From: Negaprion brevirostris
Taxonomy: Eukaryota
DNA length: 64,000 nucleotides
Direction: 5' to 3'
Assembly (NCBI GenBank): GCA_030324005.1
Contig: JARDVH010000073.1
Location: forward strand, 43,499,373 to 43,563,372
The position numbers and the translations under genes were made by a program. The notes beneath the pieces are model-generated. The model ran no database searches. It was not told the origin of the DNA and saw only the letters and a program-made list of their open reading frames with translations. Below, in pieces: positions 47,120-60,640 of the stretch. Position 1 is the first letter of the stretch, and each line of letters starts with the position of its first letter.

Positions 47120-49210
47120 AAGGGTAGGATCTTGTGTTGCTCTTGGGAATGGGAAACAAGGTGGGTGAGGGAATATAATTAAGCAGGAGGCCAAAAATCA
47201 GCTTCCTGGTGGTGAGATGAACTTTTCAAATGAAGTTCAGGGAACTTTGGAGCTTCCCAATGCTTGTAGTTTACTGCATGTGTATGTCATACACGCTCAT
47301 TAAAAGTCCAGCTTGTGAGAATTAAGTTCCCCTTCCTATTTAGATTATCAGCAAGTGAGCAAACTGTGCCTTCAGATTTACAACTGCTTTTAAGTGACGT
47401 ACAGCAGGCGAGGTAGTCATCTTGTTGGAGTTGAAATGAGTATCTATTGTTTTCTTTTCCTCTTTGCGGAGCATTGTTCAATAAGGCAATTATTGGGTGA
47501 TGGAAGGGTTTGAGGCAGAGAGACTATCAAATGGAAGGAGTCCAGGGCAGGCATGGAGCCAGAAGGGAAGGCAAAGGTGCAGGGACATGCGAGGGAGGGA
47601 ACATCTATGGGATCTAGTGAATGGTTGGCAAGAGTGAGTGAGGGGTGGTGGGAGAGAGATATTCCTGCAGGGGAGCATCATTGCTATCTATGGCACAGCC
47701 ATGACAGTTGAAATGAGGGTACTGTGCAGTGGAGGGAATAGTTGCAGTGAAAAGAGGTAGTGGGGTGCGGTGGATCATCTGAGTCCAGGGTCCAAGGTGG
47801 CTCATGGTCAGGTAACAGTCTCATGGGTCAGGCATTTGGGGGGGTGGGCTGCTCATGAAAAGGACAAAACTGGTGGCGTGTATAAGGGGAGGGGTCAGGG
47901 TCACACTGGGCATAAGTATATTAATGGTGTTAGGCTCAGAGGGGAGGGAAGGCATGTGGAGGGTGATCGTTCTAGGTTTAAGCTTAATGAAGGGATGATG
48001 AAAGGTAACACAGGGCAGAAGAATGGTTATATTGGGTACATCACAGGTGATGTGGAAAGTTAATGGGTGATGGGGGAGGATAGAAGGTGGTAGGACATGT
48101 TTAGAAAGGGTCCCATTTTCTCAAGGCTTTTCTCCATCACAGTTCCTCAGTATGTGAGAATCCTTAAAGCAGGTTGAGTGTCTTTTTGGGTAGATGCAGT
48201 TAAAAGTAAGCACAAATGATTCTTTAAAAGGACACCCTAACAATCAGGAGTCAACTGCATGAGAACCATTCTCAGGTGTGTTCTCTCTATGGTGAAGCTC
48301 ACACTGCACCAGGTTTGTTCCCTAACTCATGGGTCTCATAACAGCAAGATCCAAGCAAGTCAAGAGCTACAGTAAAATCTGTGCTGAAGGGCAGTTCAGG
48401 TTGACCATTGGCAGGGAAAGGATGAGGTAACGGACAAAGGGAGGGAGGCAGTGATTAGCTTCCCAGGGCCCTTTGGGTAGGGATGGAGTGGAGGAGGCAG
48501 GGGTTGCAGTGGTGGTGACAGAAATATGCCAGTACAACTTCAATGATTCCAGATAGACAGTTATGGCTGATGATAGGGTACACCTATGATGGAAGGGAAG
48601 AGACTCTTGAATGTGTCCCAAGAGTGATGGAGGAAAACCCAATGGTTTTTCAGACATTTCTCATTCTGCCTGCCACGGGAATTGTGGCTGGGGTGGGGGG
48701 GTGAAACCATACAAAGGTCCGTTGACCTCAGGCAGGATTTTCTGGCTTTGGGACGAGTGCAGCGAGAAAATCCTGCCCAAGGTGGGCAGACGTGGTTTTC
48801 ATTACTCTGGTCAATGCTGCAGTCTCCGTGAACATGGATGTATGAATGAGAGAAGAACTCATCTGTTGTCTTTCCTGATGGGCTTCACCATGGGGAGGTG
48901 GCACAGTAGGCCAGGGGTGGGTACAGTATTTCCCATTGGCTGAAATGTTTAGGGCTAGAGGGACAGCTTCAAAACAATATGCTGACTAGATGTATCATGG
49001 CAATCCCCTCAGGTATACATGATGCGGTCTCCAGGCACCCTGCCTTTCTACCAGCTATGGTCCAGCTGAAGAGAAAGTGCCAGGGGCATTGACATCCTGC
49101 CTCCACCGGCACAAGATCTGCCATGCTCCTCGCATGTGTATATCTAATGAGCTGACCAGAGCATGGCCAGCCGTCCTGCCCCCTAGCAGAAATCAATCAT
49201 TTCGGCTCCC
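47120..49210. mobile_element. Possible highly decayed PIF/Harbinger element
   Basis: GC-rich 2-kb block starting gggtaggatctt. Plus-strand PSDLQLLLSDVQQ resembles a Myb/SANT start, and a frameshifted minus-strand Y...CHD motif near 49000 resembles the HARBI1-type nuclease. A short MITE is nested at ~48630-48780. Confidence 0.3.
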
Positions 49211-51099
49211 ACCTTCTAACTTATACTCAATACTGAAAGATTTTCCCTAGTGTTACCAAACAAAAGCATAAGGATGAATTCTGAAAAGGAATGCACTGCA
49301 AGGAAAACAATGGAAAAATGGCACTTTGAATCTATTAATGCATTTGTCAGAATTAAATTTCTAAATCCTGTTCTCAATATTGCTTTTGTTTCAATCAAAA
49401 ATGTTTAAGTGAGAAGAAGGTACGTGTAATCTGGGTTTCTATGGAATCTAGAGTCTTTACTTGTGTACACTAGAGAGCTGAAGAACTACATACCTCCTGA
49501 TGCAAAGAACTGTTCACAACACAGACAAGGCGAGCAGAAAATACATGTTAAAAAGTAAAGGGAGTAAGTAAATTTGTTATGGAATTTATTTATTGCATGC
49601 AATGTCAAGAATGAGTAAGGAGGATAATAAATTATTCCTAAAAATGCTGTTTCATTCTTGGACATATTTTAGTTAATAGATGCCATCAACATACACTATT
49701 GAAATCCAGACAGTTTGGGACACTAGGTTCATACATTAACTCTCACCCTTTTTGGAATCTACAAAAAATGTAATTATTTATCCCTATCGTAACTCAATTT
49801 GTTTTCCAATTTTTGATAAAACTATTGCAACCTTCCAAATGTCCTATGACTATTTATCAGTATGATGATTTATTCCCTGTTCATGACAAAAGCAATGGAG
49901 CAAAACTCAAACATTTTGACAATGGTTAATAAGGTTTAGCTGCATAACTGAAACAACAACATTCAACATCTAAAATAGAAAAAAAACTAATTTTTGAAAA
50001 AAGCAATTTCTACTTAACAAATGTTTATTCCAAGAAAATCTCTTCTTTCTTCATTCTACCTTCTACATATTCCTATATTGAATCCAAAAACCTCTTTGAT
50101 NNNNNNNNNNNNNNNNNNNNNNNNNNNNNNNNNNNNNNNNNNNNNNNNNNNNNNNNNNNNNNNNNNNNNNNNNNNNNNNNNNNNNNNNNNNNNNNNNNNN
50201 NNNNNNNNNNNNNNNNNNNNNNNNNNNNNNNNNNNNNNNNNNNNNNNNNNNNNNNNNNNNNNNNNNNNNNNNNNNNNNNNNNNNNNNNNNNNNNNNNNNN
50301 NNNNNNNNNNNNNNNNNNNNNNNNNNNNNNNNNNNNNNNNNNNNNNNNNNNNNNNNNNNNNNNNNNNNNNNNNNNNNNNNNNNNNNNNNNNNNNNNNNNN
50401 NNNNNNNNNNNNNNNNNNNNNNNNNNNNNNNNNNNNNNNNNNNNNNNNNNNNNNNNNNNNNNNNNNNNNNNNNNNNNNNNNNNNNNNNNNNNNNNNNNNN
50501 NNNNNNNNNNNNNNNNNNNNNNNNNNNNNNNNNNNNNNNNNNNNNNNNNNNNNNNNNNNNNNNNNNNNNNNNNNNNNNNNNNNNNNNNNNNNNNNNNNNN
50601 NNNNNNNNNNNNNNNNNNNNNNNNNNNNNNNNNNNNNNNNNNNNNNNNNNNNNNNNNNNNNNNNNNNNNNNNNNNNNNNNNNNNNNNNNNNNNNNNNNNN
50701 NNNNNNNNNNNNNNNNNNNNNNNNNNNNNNNNNNNNNNNNNNNNNNNNNNNNNNNNNNNNNNNNNNNNNNNNNNNNNNNNNNNNNNNNNNNNNNNNNNNN
50801 NNNNNNNNNNNNNNNNNNNNNNNNNNNNNNNNNNNNNNNNNNNNNNNNNTGGCGGGGCAGGCTCAAAGGGCTAGATGGCCTACTCCTGCTCCTATTTCTT
50901 ATGTTCTTATGGTGTCATTTACAGTATACTTTAAAATGATTCAACAATTACTAAAGGGCAACAATACAGTTCTAATGTAATTTGGCTTGTCAATTGAGTA
51001 AAATTGACTGAAGGTTAAAGCATGGTGAGCAAATGACCTACACAAATCTTCAGAAGTGTTGATGTTCGTAAGAGTTGCACAATGTTAAGTATTATTCTT

Positions 51100-51940
51100 G
51101 ACCTCCCAGATACTGCGGCAGTTTATGTCCAAATGCAGAAAGAGTCAGACAATATCCAAGTTTGACTGACAAATGACAATTAACATTCTCACCACACAAT
51201 CACCAGACAAAGACCATCATCAACAAGACAGGATGTAACCATTGCCCCTTGACCTTAGATGGTGTTACCATTGCTGAATTTCCCATTTGAACAGAGACTG
51301 AAATGGACTAGCCATGTAAATACTTTGGGTGCACAAGCAGGTCAGAAGATAGGAATCCTGTGGCATATATCTCACTTCCTGACTCCTCAAAGCCTGTCCA
51401 CCATCTACAAGGCATAAGTCAGGAGTGTGATGGAATATTGTCCACTTGCCTGAATGAGTGCAGCTCCAACAACATTGAAGAAGCTTGACATCACCCAGGA
51501 CAAAGCAGCCTGTTTAACTGCTACCCCTTCAACAAACATTTAATTCCTCCACCTCCAACAACCGATAGCACCAATGTGCACCATCTACAAGATGCACTGC
51601 AGGAACTCACCAAGGCTCCTGAGGCAGCACCTTCCAAACCCACAACTGCCACCATCCAGAAGTACAAGGGTAGCAGATACCTGGGAATGCCACCACCTGG
51701 AGGTTTTCCTTCACAATCAGGACTTACAATCCTGACTTGGAAGTATATTGCTGTTCCTTCACTTCTGCTAGGTCAAGATCCTGGAACTCTCTCCCTAACA
51801 GCGCTTTGAGTGTAACTGCACCTCAGGGATTGCAGCGGTTCAAGAAGGCAGCTCACCACCACCTTCTCAAGGACATCTAGAGATGGACAATAAATGCTAG
51901 CTTAGCCAGTGATGCCCACATCCCATGATTGAAGAAAGAA
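51100..51940 (+). mobile_element. LINE family B 3' fragment with intact 3' end
   Basis: caaagcctgtccaccatctacaaggcataagtcaggagtgtgatggaatattgtccacttgcctg...gcagcggttcaagaaggcagctcaccaccaccttctcaagg...caataaatgctagcttagccagtgatgcccacatcccatg. Homologous to 27405-28345. Confidence 0.8.
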
Positions 51941-52164
51941 AGTATAACTCTGAATTCAAAATGGCAACAAAATAAGCACTCAATTTGCCACAAATCAGCC
52001 TGTACCAACATTGGGGAAATTGGAATTCTTCAAACTTTGCAAGACTAGCTCCATCTCCCAATTTTAATTGCTCACCACACAAAGAATATGGCCACAGGAA
52101 ATCTTGGCAGCAGCACAATTGGCTGCGGAAAGAGAAATTCAGTTAGACTGTGAATTGCTGCCTG

Positions 52165-52545
52165 CATTTTTGGGCTGGGTCTGATAAGCAGCAAGTAACA
52201 TTTGTGCAACATTAGTGCCAGGCAATAACTATCTTCAACAAGAAAGAATCTAACCACTACCCCTTTATTTTCATCAGCATATTGAATCCCCAACCATCAA
52301 CGTCTTGCGGGCCTCCAACATCGACCAGAAACTTACCGGCACCAGACAACTAAATACTGTGGCAACAAGAACAGGTTAGAGATTCTGCATTCTATGGTGA
52401 GTAACTCACATCCCGACTCTTCAAAGCTTTTCCAAGGTACATGTCGGGAGTGCTCTAGAATTCTCTCCACTTGCCTGTGTGCAGCTCCAACAAGAAGCTC
52501 AACACCTTCCAAGGAAAAGCATTCCATTCACCACTTCCAGCCATC
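52165..52545 (+). mobile_element. Second LINE family B fragment
   Basis: catcgaccagaaacttaccgg...ctccacttgcctgtgtgcagctccaacaagaagctcaacacc parallels 51290-51510. Confidence 0.65.
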
Positions 52546-52579
52546 AACAGTTCACTGTCATTGCATATGAACATTCCGA

Positions 52580-52890
52580 TTAGAAGCAGGAGTAAGGAAT
52601 TCAGCTTCTCAAGCACATGCCACCATTCAATAAGATCGTGGCTGATCGGAATAAGGCCTCAATTCAATTTTCCTCCCTCTAAAACCGTTGACATCCTTGT
52701 CAATCAAAAAGCTATCTAACTCAGTCTTACAAAATACTAAATAACTCTGCCTCCCCCGTTCTCTGGGCAAGAGTCTTCCACAGACTCATGAACATCAGTC
52801 TCCTCATCTCCATATTAACTACATCCTCTCTTACAAGGTGAAACATGCTTTCAGCATTCACCATGTCAAGTCCCCTCAGAATGCTATGTT
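52580..52890 (-). mobile_element. CR1 LINE 3' tail fragment
   Basis: agaagcaggagtaagg...ccaccattcaataagatcgtggctgatc, and ORF 52727 ILRGLDMVNAESMFHLV. Confidence 0.65.
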
Positions 52891-54741
52891 TCAATAAAAT
52901 CACTTTGCCTGTCAAGCTTCTAAAATTTCAATAGATGTGGGACCAAATTTATCCTACTTCAGTGAATGCATTAACCTATCGAAGTCAACAAGCAAATGCT
53001 GTACTAAATTTGTGGAGAAAGGAATTTAATACAAATATATTAAGCGTTCATGCAATATCATCACTAATGTCCTTATAACAAAAACACATACACGTGCTGT
53101 CACTTCCCCTGGACAAATCAGTGATATACATTTTGGTGCTTGCAATTATTTCAGAAACCACTTCTAAGTTGCTATCAACTGTTTTATTTCTACCTCTTAA
53201 GAGGAAATGTTTATTCCAGTCTCTACTCAATCCTATTAACTAAGTCATCTGTACTCCTCCCACCTTGTTTCATTACACATTCCCACAATACACATACAAT
53301 AATTTATTAGCATTTCTAAGATCTATACGGTGCTCCATCGGTTTTATATGTATAATTATTAGCTTTGTTAAACTATTGTGTTCATGCCTGTACATTTAAC
53401 CACTTACTTAGCAGCTTTGCCCTATACTTACAAGATATTTATATAAAGTGTAAGATGCCATGCTAACAATTGTTAATGAACTACTTGGTGTTGGCCTTGT
53501 TCACAATAATAAGTTATGGAATTATACCAATTCTGAAATATCTACTGCCACAAATTACTCATCATTTAAAATTAGTATTGGAAATATTTGAAATGGATAC
53601 TATATCCATTATAGTATCCATTTAATAATAGAAACTAAAATAGATACACCTTAACAACTCTGGAACAATTATCCTATGGTATGATTAAGCGCTACTGCTG
53701 TGAAGAGGGACAACATAATCAATTTAAGAAGGATTTTTAAGACAGTAGCACAATTTGTGGCATAAAATAAGCCTTTTCACATGGAATCCAAAGATAAAAA
53801 CCTGAAGATTGGAAAATTTTCTGATAAAATGACAGTAATGGAAAGTATATTTACCAGCACAAGAATGTATTAACAGGATATACCAAAATACAAATGGACT
53901 GGTTTATCAAAATCCCAGTCAGACAAAACCAGCTTTAGTTCTGAAGAAAGTCCAACAAAATAAAGCAAAAGTAATTCTCATTGGTCCTTAATGATCAAAT
54001 CAAGATCAGTGATGGTTGTCAGAGCTGATAGTAACTTTTAAACTGCGGCATTTCATTTGTCCAGAAATAGGCGCCTCCTATCTTAAATTTAAATTAATAC
54101 CTTAGATCTTAAACAATAATAAAAATTGATAAAATTCAAAGAAAACACCAAACTTTATTTTTGTGGAAGGGAAGAGAAGTTTAATTTGAAGAGGCAGCCA
54201 GGAAGCTGCAAAATGAGTTCGATATAAAACACAAGTGAGTCAAACAGTGGAAGTATGTAATTTCGCAAACTTTTTAAAAAGGTATTTCGTATGCACACTT
54301 CAAGAATTGTGTGAAAAGAGCTAAGGATTAAAAGAGATCCAAGTGTATTGTCAGACTTGCTACTTAAGAACTGAAAATTCATGGAGTCCTTTTTTGCAAG
54401 TTTAGCCAGGAATCTTGTGAATCATAAAAATGGAGTTTGATTCAGGGGTAGAAGTACTCAGGCTAGGAATTTCTTCAGCTCAGCCTGAAGACTAGAATGT
54501 CCAATAAGCATCCAAATGAACAGATGTGAGCTCCAGGTCACAGAAACAATCTGGGCCACTGAAGATAGTTGAAGTATGTTTCTATCAGCTCCGTTAACCA
54601 GGGCCTGAGGGAAGATCTTTATGGGGTCAGGGTGGTGGTGGGCTTCCCTCCCTCTTGAGATCTGGCACTGAAGCTTCCAGCAGCATCATCTAGGCACTAA
54701 AGATGCACCAGTAGTGACATGGTCAATCACTAGCACCATGT

Positions 54742-55128
54742 ACGTCATAAATGACCTGGATGAGGAAGTGGAGCGATGGGTAAGTAAGTTCGCTGATGAC
54801 ATGAAGGTCGGTGGTGTTGTGGATGGTCTGGAAGGATGTCAAAAGTTGCAGCAGGACTGGGCGGAGAAGTGGTAGATGGACTTCAACGCGGATAAATGTG
54901 TAGTCGTCCATTTTGGCAGAACCAATGGGATGAACGAGTACACTATCAAGNNNNNNNNNNNNNNNNNNNNNNNNNNNNNNNNNNNNNNNNNNNNNNNNNN
55001 NNNNNNNNNNNNNNNNNNNNNNNNNNNNNNNNNNNNNNNNNNNNNNNNNNAGGTGTTGTTGTGATCGGCGCAACTCGTGGGCCGAAGGGCCTGTTTGTGC
55101 TGTAGTGTTCTATGTTCTATGTTCTATG
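54742..55128 (+). mobile_element. CR1 LINE fragment (spans gap)
   Basis: INDLDEEVERWVSKFADDMKVGGVVD, MDFNADKCVVVHFGR, and tail gggccgaagggcctgtttgtgctgtagtg(ttctatg)n. Confidence 0.88.
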
Positions 55129-56989
55129 TCACATAGATATTGCAATATCAGAGGGAGTCAGTTGTGAAGACATTGTCAGCTTCCATTCTCTACCTGGAAT
55201 GTTGCTTAAAGGCCAACATATCAAAGCATGCAAATACAGCAATCAATAAAGAACATAATCAAAATATAAAAGTGCAAGTCAAAGTCATGGTTAAATTATA
55301 CAATTCTTTATCCAGATAACACTTCAAGTACTATGTCCTACCCATTCATGAAGAATTAAAGGAAAAAGTTACATCCTGAAGTCAGTACACAAAGTCTCCC
55401 AAATTAACTAAATGCCTAAAAACTTTATTAACAGGCGACATACACAAAATTCAGCTTTTCACCAAAGTTCTGGAATTCCCCCTAAACAGACTACATGACA
55501 TGGACTGTAGTGGGTCCAGAAGGTAGCTCATTGATCTAGGGCGATTAAGGATGGCATTAAAAATGCCAGCATAACTAGGGCACGCACATCCTGTGGAAGA
55601 ATTTTAAAAAGTAGATGGTGGAAAAGCAGCTTCACAACTACTTCAGATATTACTGACGTGCTAGTACCAGCATATACCCTCAACATCAAGACAGCAACTG
55701 ACTGATTGTGGCACTAATGAGCATGACAATAATTAAACTGAACAGTGTCAAAGAATGAACCTTCCAGTGGCTGGAGATTTACCAGATGTAAAAGGAACAT
55801 GATTGTGGTTATTGGAGCCCAGTTCTGGGTTTTAATGGCATTATTGTATCATTTCAACAGTTGCTCAGAGAAGCAGTCCCAAATGCACCACTTAGAGCTG
55901 CTACGTCAATGACCTTTCCACAGTCATAAGGTCAAGATCAAGAGTAATATTTTTAACTAAGCATTTCAATGTTTAACTCCATTCACAATCCCTTCACTAA
56001 TCCAAAAGTACATACCGACTTGCAGTCGGACCAGATCTGGACTGACTAGAAGGCAGCAACACTTGTTTCACCCAAGTGTTGATGGTATGTTAGTTATATT
56101 GTTAGGATACACAGGGAATGGCTTTGTTTAATTAAATACTACAGCAATTATGATTAATGACCACATGCTACATCCATGGCTGGGGGTCCTTGGAGAGGGA
56201 GCATGCCATGTCCACAGGCATAATTGAGGCTGTGCTCTACCAGTGGGTATCACGGGGCTGAAGTTCTCCATCAGTCCCCAAATCCATGTTTTGCTTCGAT
56301 TCAGTAAGTTTCCTTTAAGATTTTTGTCTTGAGTTACAGTACCCCTAAAGTAGCTCTCACATTTGTTTATTTGGCCTTACTCAAAAGTATATAATGGTAG
56401 ACTGCTGGACACAAGGGGAGTAGATAGACATGCAATGTTGCGTTCTGTAAATAAGGCTTTTATCAAAAAAATGATTTGCATCTAATTTCATATTTCACCA
56501 TCTGGCATAGAATCCAATTCACACATCAGAAATAAACATAGCCAACAGGGAAAAAAAAAATTCTTCTTGATTTTCAACAGTACCACCATCACATCAACAT
56601 TCTTGACACTGACCACAGGTTGAACTGGGAGTCAAAAGACGTATTTTGTTTTGCACTAGGACTTATGCTCATGAAAATAATTCTTAAAGTGAAGATCTCA
56701 ATTTCAGGGAAGCACAAAAAGAATTTAAGTTACATAAGAATGTATTTGTTGGGATCCAGATCCACTGGTAGATAAATTGGATGCATCCAGACTCTTAATT
56801 AACTTCTGAAGGAGTTTGTTCAGCATACAGTTTAGTTATTACTGATATTCTACATGTGCCACTTATGTAGGGAGTATACTGTCTGACAAATAACTCTATA
56901 GAATGTTTACCTGAAAATTGAGCCTGAATTATGGTTACGTAATATCAGCTGAAATTGGTCTGTATTTGGGCAGAGCTGGAATGAGAAAG

Positions 56990-57380
56990 AAGATAGTGTA
57001 GTGGTAACATCGCTGGAGTGGTAACTCAGAGGTCCGACCTAAAATTCTGGGTACGAGTTCAAATCCCAACCTGGCAGCTGGTGGAACTTAAATACAACGA
57101 ATAAAATCTAGTTTGAAAGCTAGTTTCCGTAATGGTGAACATGAAACTAACGGTGACCATGTAACTATCATAAAAAATCCATATGGTTCACTAATGTCCT
57201 TTGGGAAGAAAATCTGCTGTCCATAACTGACCTGACCAACAAGTGACTCGAGATTATGGTTGACTCTTAACTGTCCTTGAAATAACTTAGTAAGTCATTC
57301 AGTTCAAAGGCAATTAGGAATGGACAACATTGGCTTTGCCAGTGCAACTCACATCCTACGAAAGGGTAAAGAGAAAAAAG
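56990..57380 (+). mobile_element. tRNA-derived SINE family B
   Basis: Box A agtgtagtggtaa, box B gagttcaaatccc, core ggttcactaatgtcctttgggaagaaaatctgctgtcc, tail aaggcaattaggaatggacaac...gccagtgcaactcacatcc. Confidence 0.75.
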
Positions 57381-57858
57381 ATATTGGACAGAGCTTGTGA
57401 CATTCACACTCCACCCAGATGTTCTGTCTTCAGGAGCCCCTCAATCGATTGTGAAAAAGCATTTAATAGTTTAATTTCTGTGGAGTCAGAAGGAGTTCAA
57501 TGCCCTCCTGGTGCTACGATACACATGGAATTGTCCTCAACTGAAGAAGCAAGGGAACCTGATCCCACAAGGTATGCTTCTGAAGGANNNNNNNNNNAGT
57601 CCTCAACAGCATGTGAATCAACTATAATATGTAGTGCACTGTGTTGGGTGATTAGTACTACAGTCCACACTGATCAACACAACAACAGGTTAAGGATGCT
57701 TTAAGAGAAATGTTAGTTTCTGGCCATCCTGTTCTGGTCATCCACTGCAGCTGTCAGGCTACTCAGATATCTTGGATCCTCCTTGCCTCTAGGTCTTGCA
57801 AAAGCAGCCATGAGCGGAGCAGCAGTATGCACAACTCATCCACTACAAGCAACTTGCC

Positions 57859-58212
57859 GGGGTGGCACATGGTGTAATGGTTAGCCTCACAGCTCCAGGG
57901 ACCCGGGTTCAATTCCAGCCTTGGGTGGCTGGCTCTCTGTGTGGAGTTTGCACATTCTCCCTGTATCTGTGCGAGTTTCCTCTGGGTGCTTCGGTTTTCT
58001 TCCCCAGTCCAAAGATATGCAGGTTAGGTGGATTGGACATGCTAAATTTCCCCTTAGTATCCCAAGATGTGTAGGTTGGATGGATTTGCCTTAGTAAATG
58101 TGTGGGACTACAGAGGTAGAGCAAGGGAGAAGGCTTGGGTAAGATAGTCTATCAGACAATTGATGCAGGCTTGATGGGCTGAAAGGCCTCTTCTGAATTC
58201 TATGATTCTATG
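57859..58212 (+). mobile_element. HE1-like V-SINE
   Basis: Head ggggtggcacatggtgtaatggttagc, box B gggttcaattcc, V-core, and tail gatgggctgaaaggcctcttctgaattctatgattctatg. Confidence 0.85.
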
Positions 58213-59979
58213 GTAGATTTGGCTGTAAACAAATGTGACCTTTGAAATCCACTTACAGATTCAGCATTCTTGAATAACAACCACAACTATTAATTTCTAC
58301 CATAAATGCTCAGGTGGCTGACTGTAAGACCTTGGCACTAGCACGGAGACGATTATATCATCTGGTTGTAACAGCCTCAGTGACTGCTTACAGACAACAA
58401 TCGCCCAGAGATTCACTTCAGAGATTGTTAGGAACACCCACCTCAAGGGTCCAGTTTCTGTGCAGAGCCAATGCCCATCTAGTACCAGTCAGATGATACA
58501 TGAAAGAGTTCCCATGAAACTGCTCTCTCAGGAAAGCTTATTTAACTTCCAACCCTCTTCCTTAAAAGCCTCTACATTGTGGCAGAAAGGAGACAAAGCT
58601 GGCCTCCACTTTCAGCAGCACAAAAGATTCAGCCTGTAGCAGGTCCATCTGAAGACTTAGCTGTTGTAAAGTGAGAACTCCCTCAAGTTCCAAGATACTC
58701 CCACCTCACAGATTTTCACCATCCAGGTAGTACACAAACAGGGAAGGAGCAGAGGGATATGGTCTGAATAAAGGCAGAAGGTTTCTCTTTTTAATTTAGT
58801 TAGGGCATCATGATCGGCACAGGCTTGGAGGGCCAAAGGGCCCGTTCCTGTACCATACTTTTCTTTGTGCCTAGAAACCACACAAGGCTAGATTTCAGAA
58901 GTCACATATCACCCATTTGAACCAACCACTCAGCGAACACACTAATAAGTTTCAATTTTTGGTTCAACTAAATGGTTTGCATGCAGTTGTTGCTTGGATG
59001 TGAATTTGATTAGCTGGCATCAACAGGAGCCACGTAAAGTGATATGCAGAGAAAATCTGTAAATGAGACAAGAGGCACACTGGACACTGAACAGATGAAT
59101 AAATGTAATTATAACAACAATAGCTCATATCAGTAACTTTTATTAATATACAAGCAGGGTCAGTGGCTTACAGTGCCTCAAGATATTTGAAACAGTACCT
59201 TGAAAAATAGATTGCATAGAAAGTACAATAATCTTTTTACTACCAAGCATCAGATAGCCTATTGTGTGGCTGGGAGAACCCCTTTCTCAGATGCTCATCA
59301 GAACTCTGGAGGAAATGAAAAATATTAAAAATTCAAGATAACTTTCTCCCCCATTCTGCCAAAGGCCTGATACTCCCTTTTGTGAATATGCCATCCTTCT
59401 ATAAATAAGTGCACTACAATCAGCAAATATATATTTGATAAAAGGTTAAAGCTTCCAGTTGTTTAAATAGTTAAATTAAAGATAATTCTGTGATGTTATG
59501 GACTTCTTCAGTTGCAGTAACATGTGCCTTCTACACGTTTACAACTGATCTAATGTACAGGTTTGAAAACTTTACTTCTCCAAAGGCTAAGCTGTGGACA
59601 CACTACCAGTGGTGATGTTGTGGTCTTTCTCTGGCGACAAGACACTTTGGTTTAGTCTTTGTGCTAAAAATCAAAACACCAGGGCAAAGAATAATGCTAT
59701 TTCACATCAAATATCTGTACTGTAACCACTGATATTCATCAAATCATGTAGGATGCTTCAAGTTGATAACATAAGGTCAGCAGACATTTTAGATTTTACA
59801 TTTTATTATACTGAAACAGGTCATTTGGAACAACAGCTCTGTGTGAGTGTTTCTTTCCCACGCAAGCCTCCTTCCATCTTACTTCACTTCATCAACAACT
59901 TCAATTCCCCTCTCTATTATTTTCATCGGGAATTCCTTTAAATTAATCTGTTTTATTCACTTTGGGCAGCATTCTATGT

Positions 59980-60640
59980 GGGCACAAATCCTGTTATAGT
60001 TGCTCTTGCAAGAGGGCCATAACGGATTTGCAGCAGTGAGGTCTTGGTTTGAGATCTTTGCTGTTTCACTCTGGCAGCATAATTAGGTTCACACTCTTGA
60101 TTTCAAATTATTTGAATTAAATAATATGCAGTTAATGCCATAGCTTCTGGCCCCATTAAAAGCTCCCCCTTTCTGGTGTGACTTCACACCAGTGGAAGTC
60201 ACTACTGGTTTTCAAAAACGAAAATCAGCCATGATGACCATGCTGAGGATGCAGAAGTGAGTATAGCCACCAGGTGGTGAGGGATATGGCAGGTCTGTGC
60301 CCTAGCACTGCCCCCTGGCACCACCAACCTGGCAGTCTTGGCTCTGCCAAGAGCAGACCTTTGGGTAGCCCCAGTGGGAGTTTCCCCTTATGTGGCAAGG
60401 CCCAATGTGAGGGTGGGGGGGAGAAGGTGTTCCCCTTGCTGANNNNNNNNNNNNNNNNNNNNNNNNNNNNNNNNNNNNNNNNNNNNNNNNNNNNNNNNNN
60501 NNNNNNNGTGGCTCTTCTCCAAACAAAGTCTCCAGTAATCTCAGGGAAAGGATGGGATTGGTGTATCCATGGTTAGTTGAATTTATAGCCCTTTCACAAG
60601 ACTAGAGGACTCCACTGGAGTGGCTACAGATAACTCCTGA
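59980..60640. mobile_element. GC-rich MITE-like element (contains gap)
   Basis: Starts gggcacaaatcc and has an interior with gcactgccccctggcac motifs like the other GC-rich MITEs. Confidence 0.35.

Noticed and set aside
9995-50980. Long ORFs made mostly of X (9995, 10039, 43047-43871, 50021, 50063)
   Set aside because: They are open only because they run through N gaps.
53935-53975. agttCTGAAGAaagtcc partial hammerhead-like start
   Set aside because: Stem II, GAAA and the cleavage site are absent.
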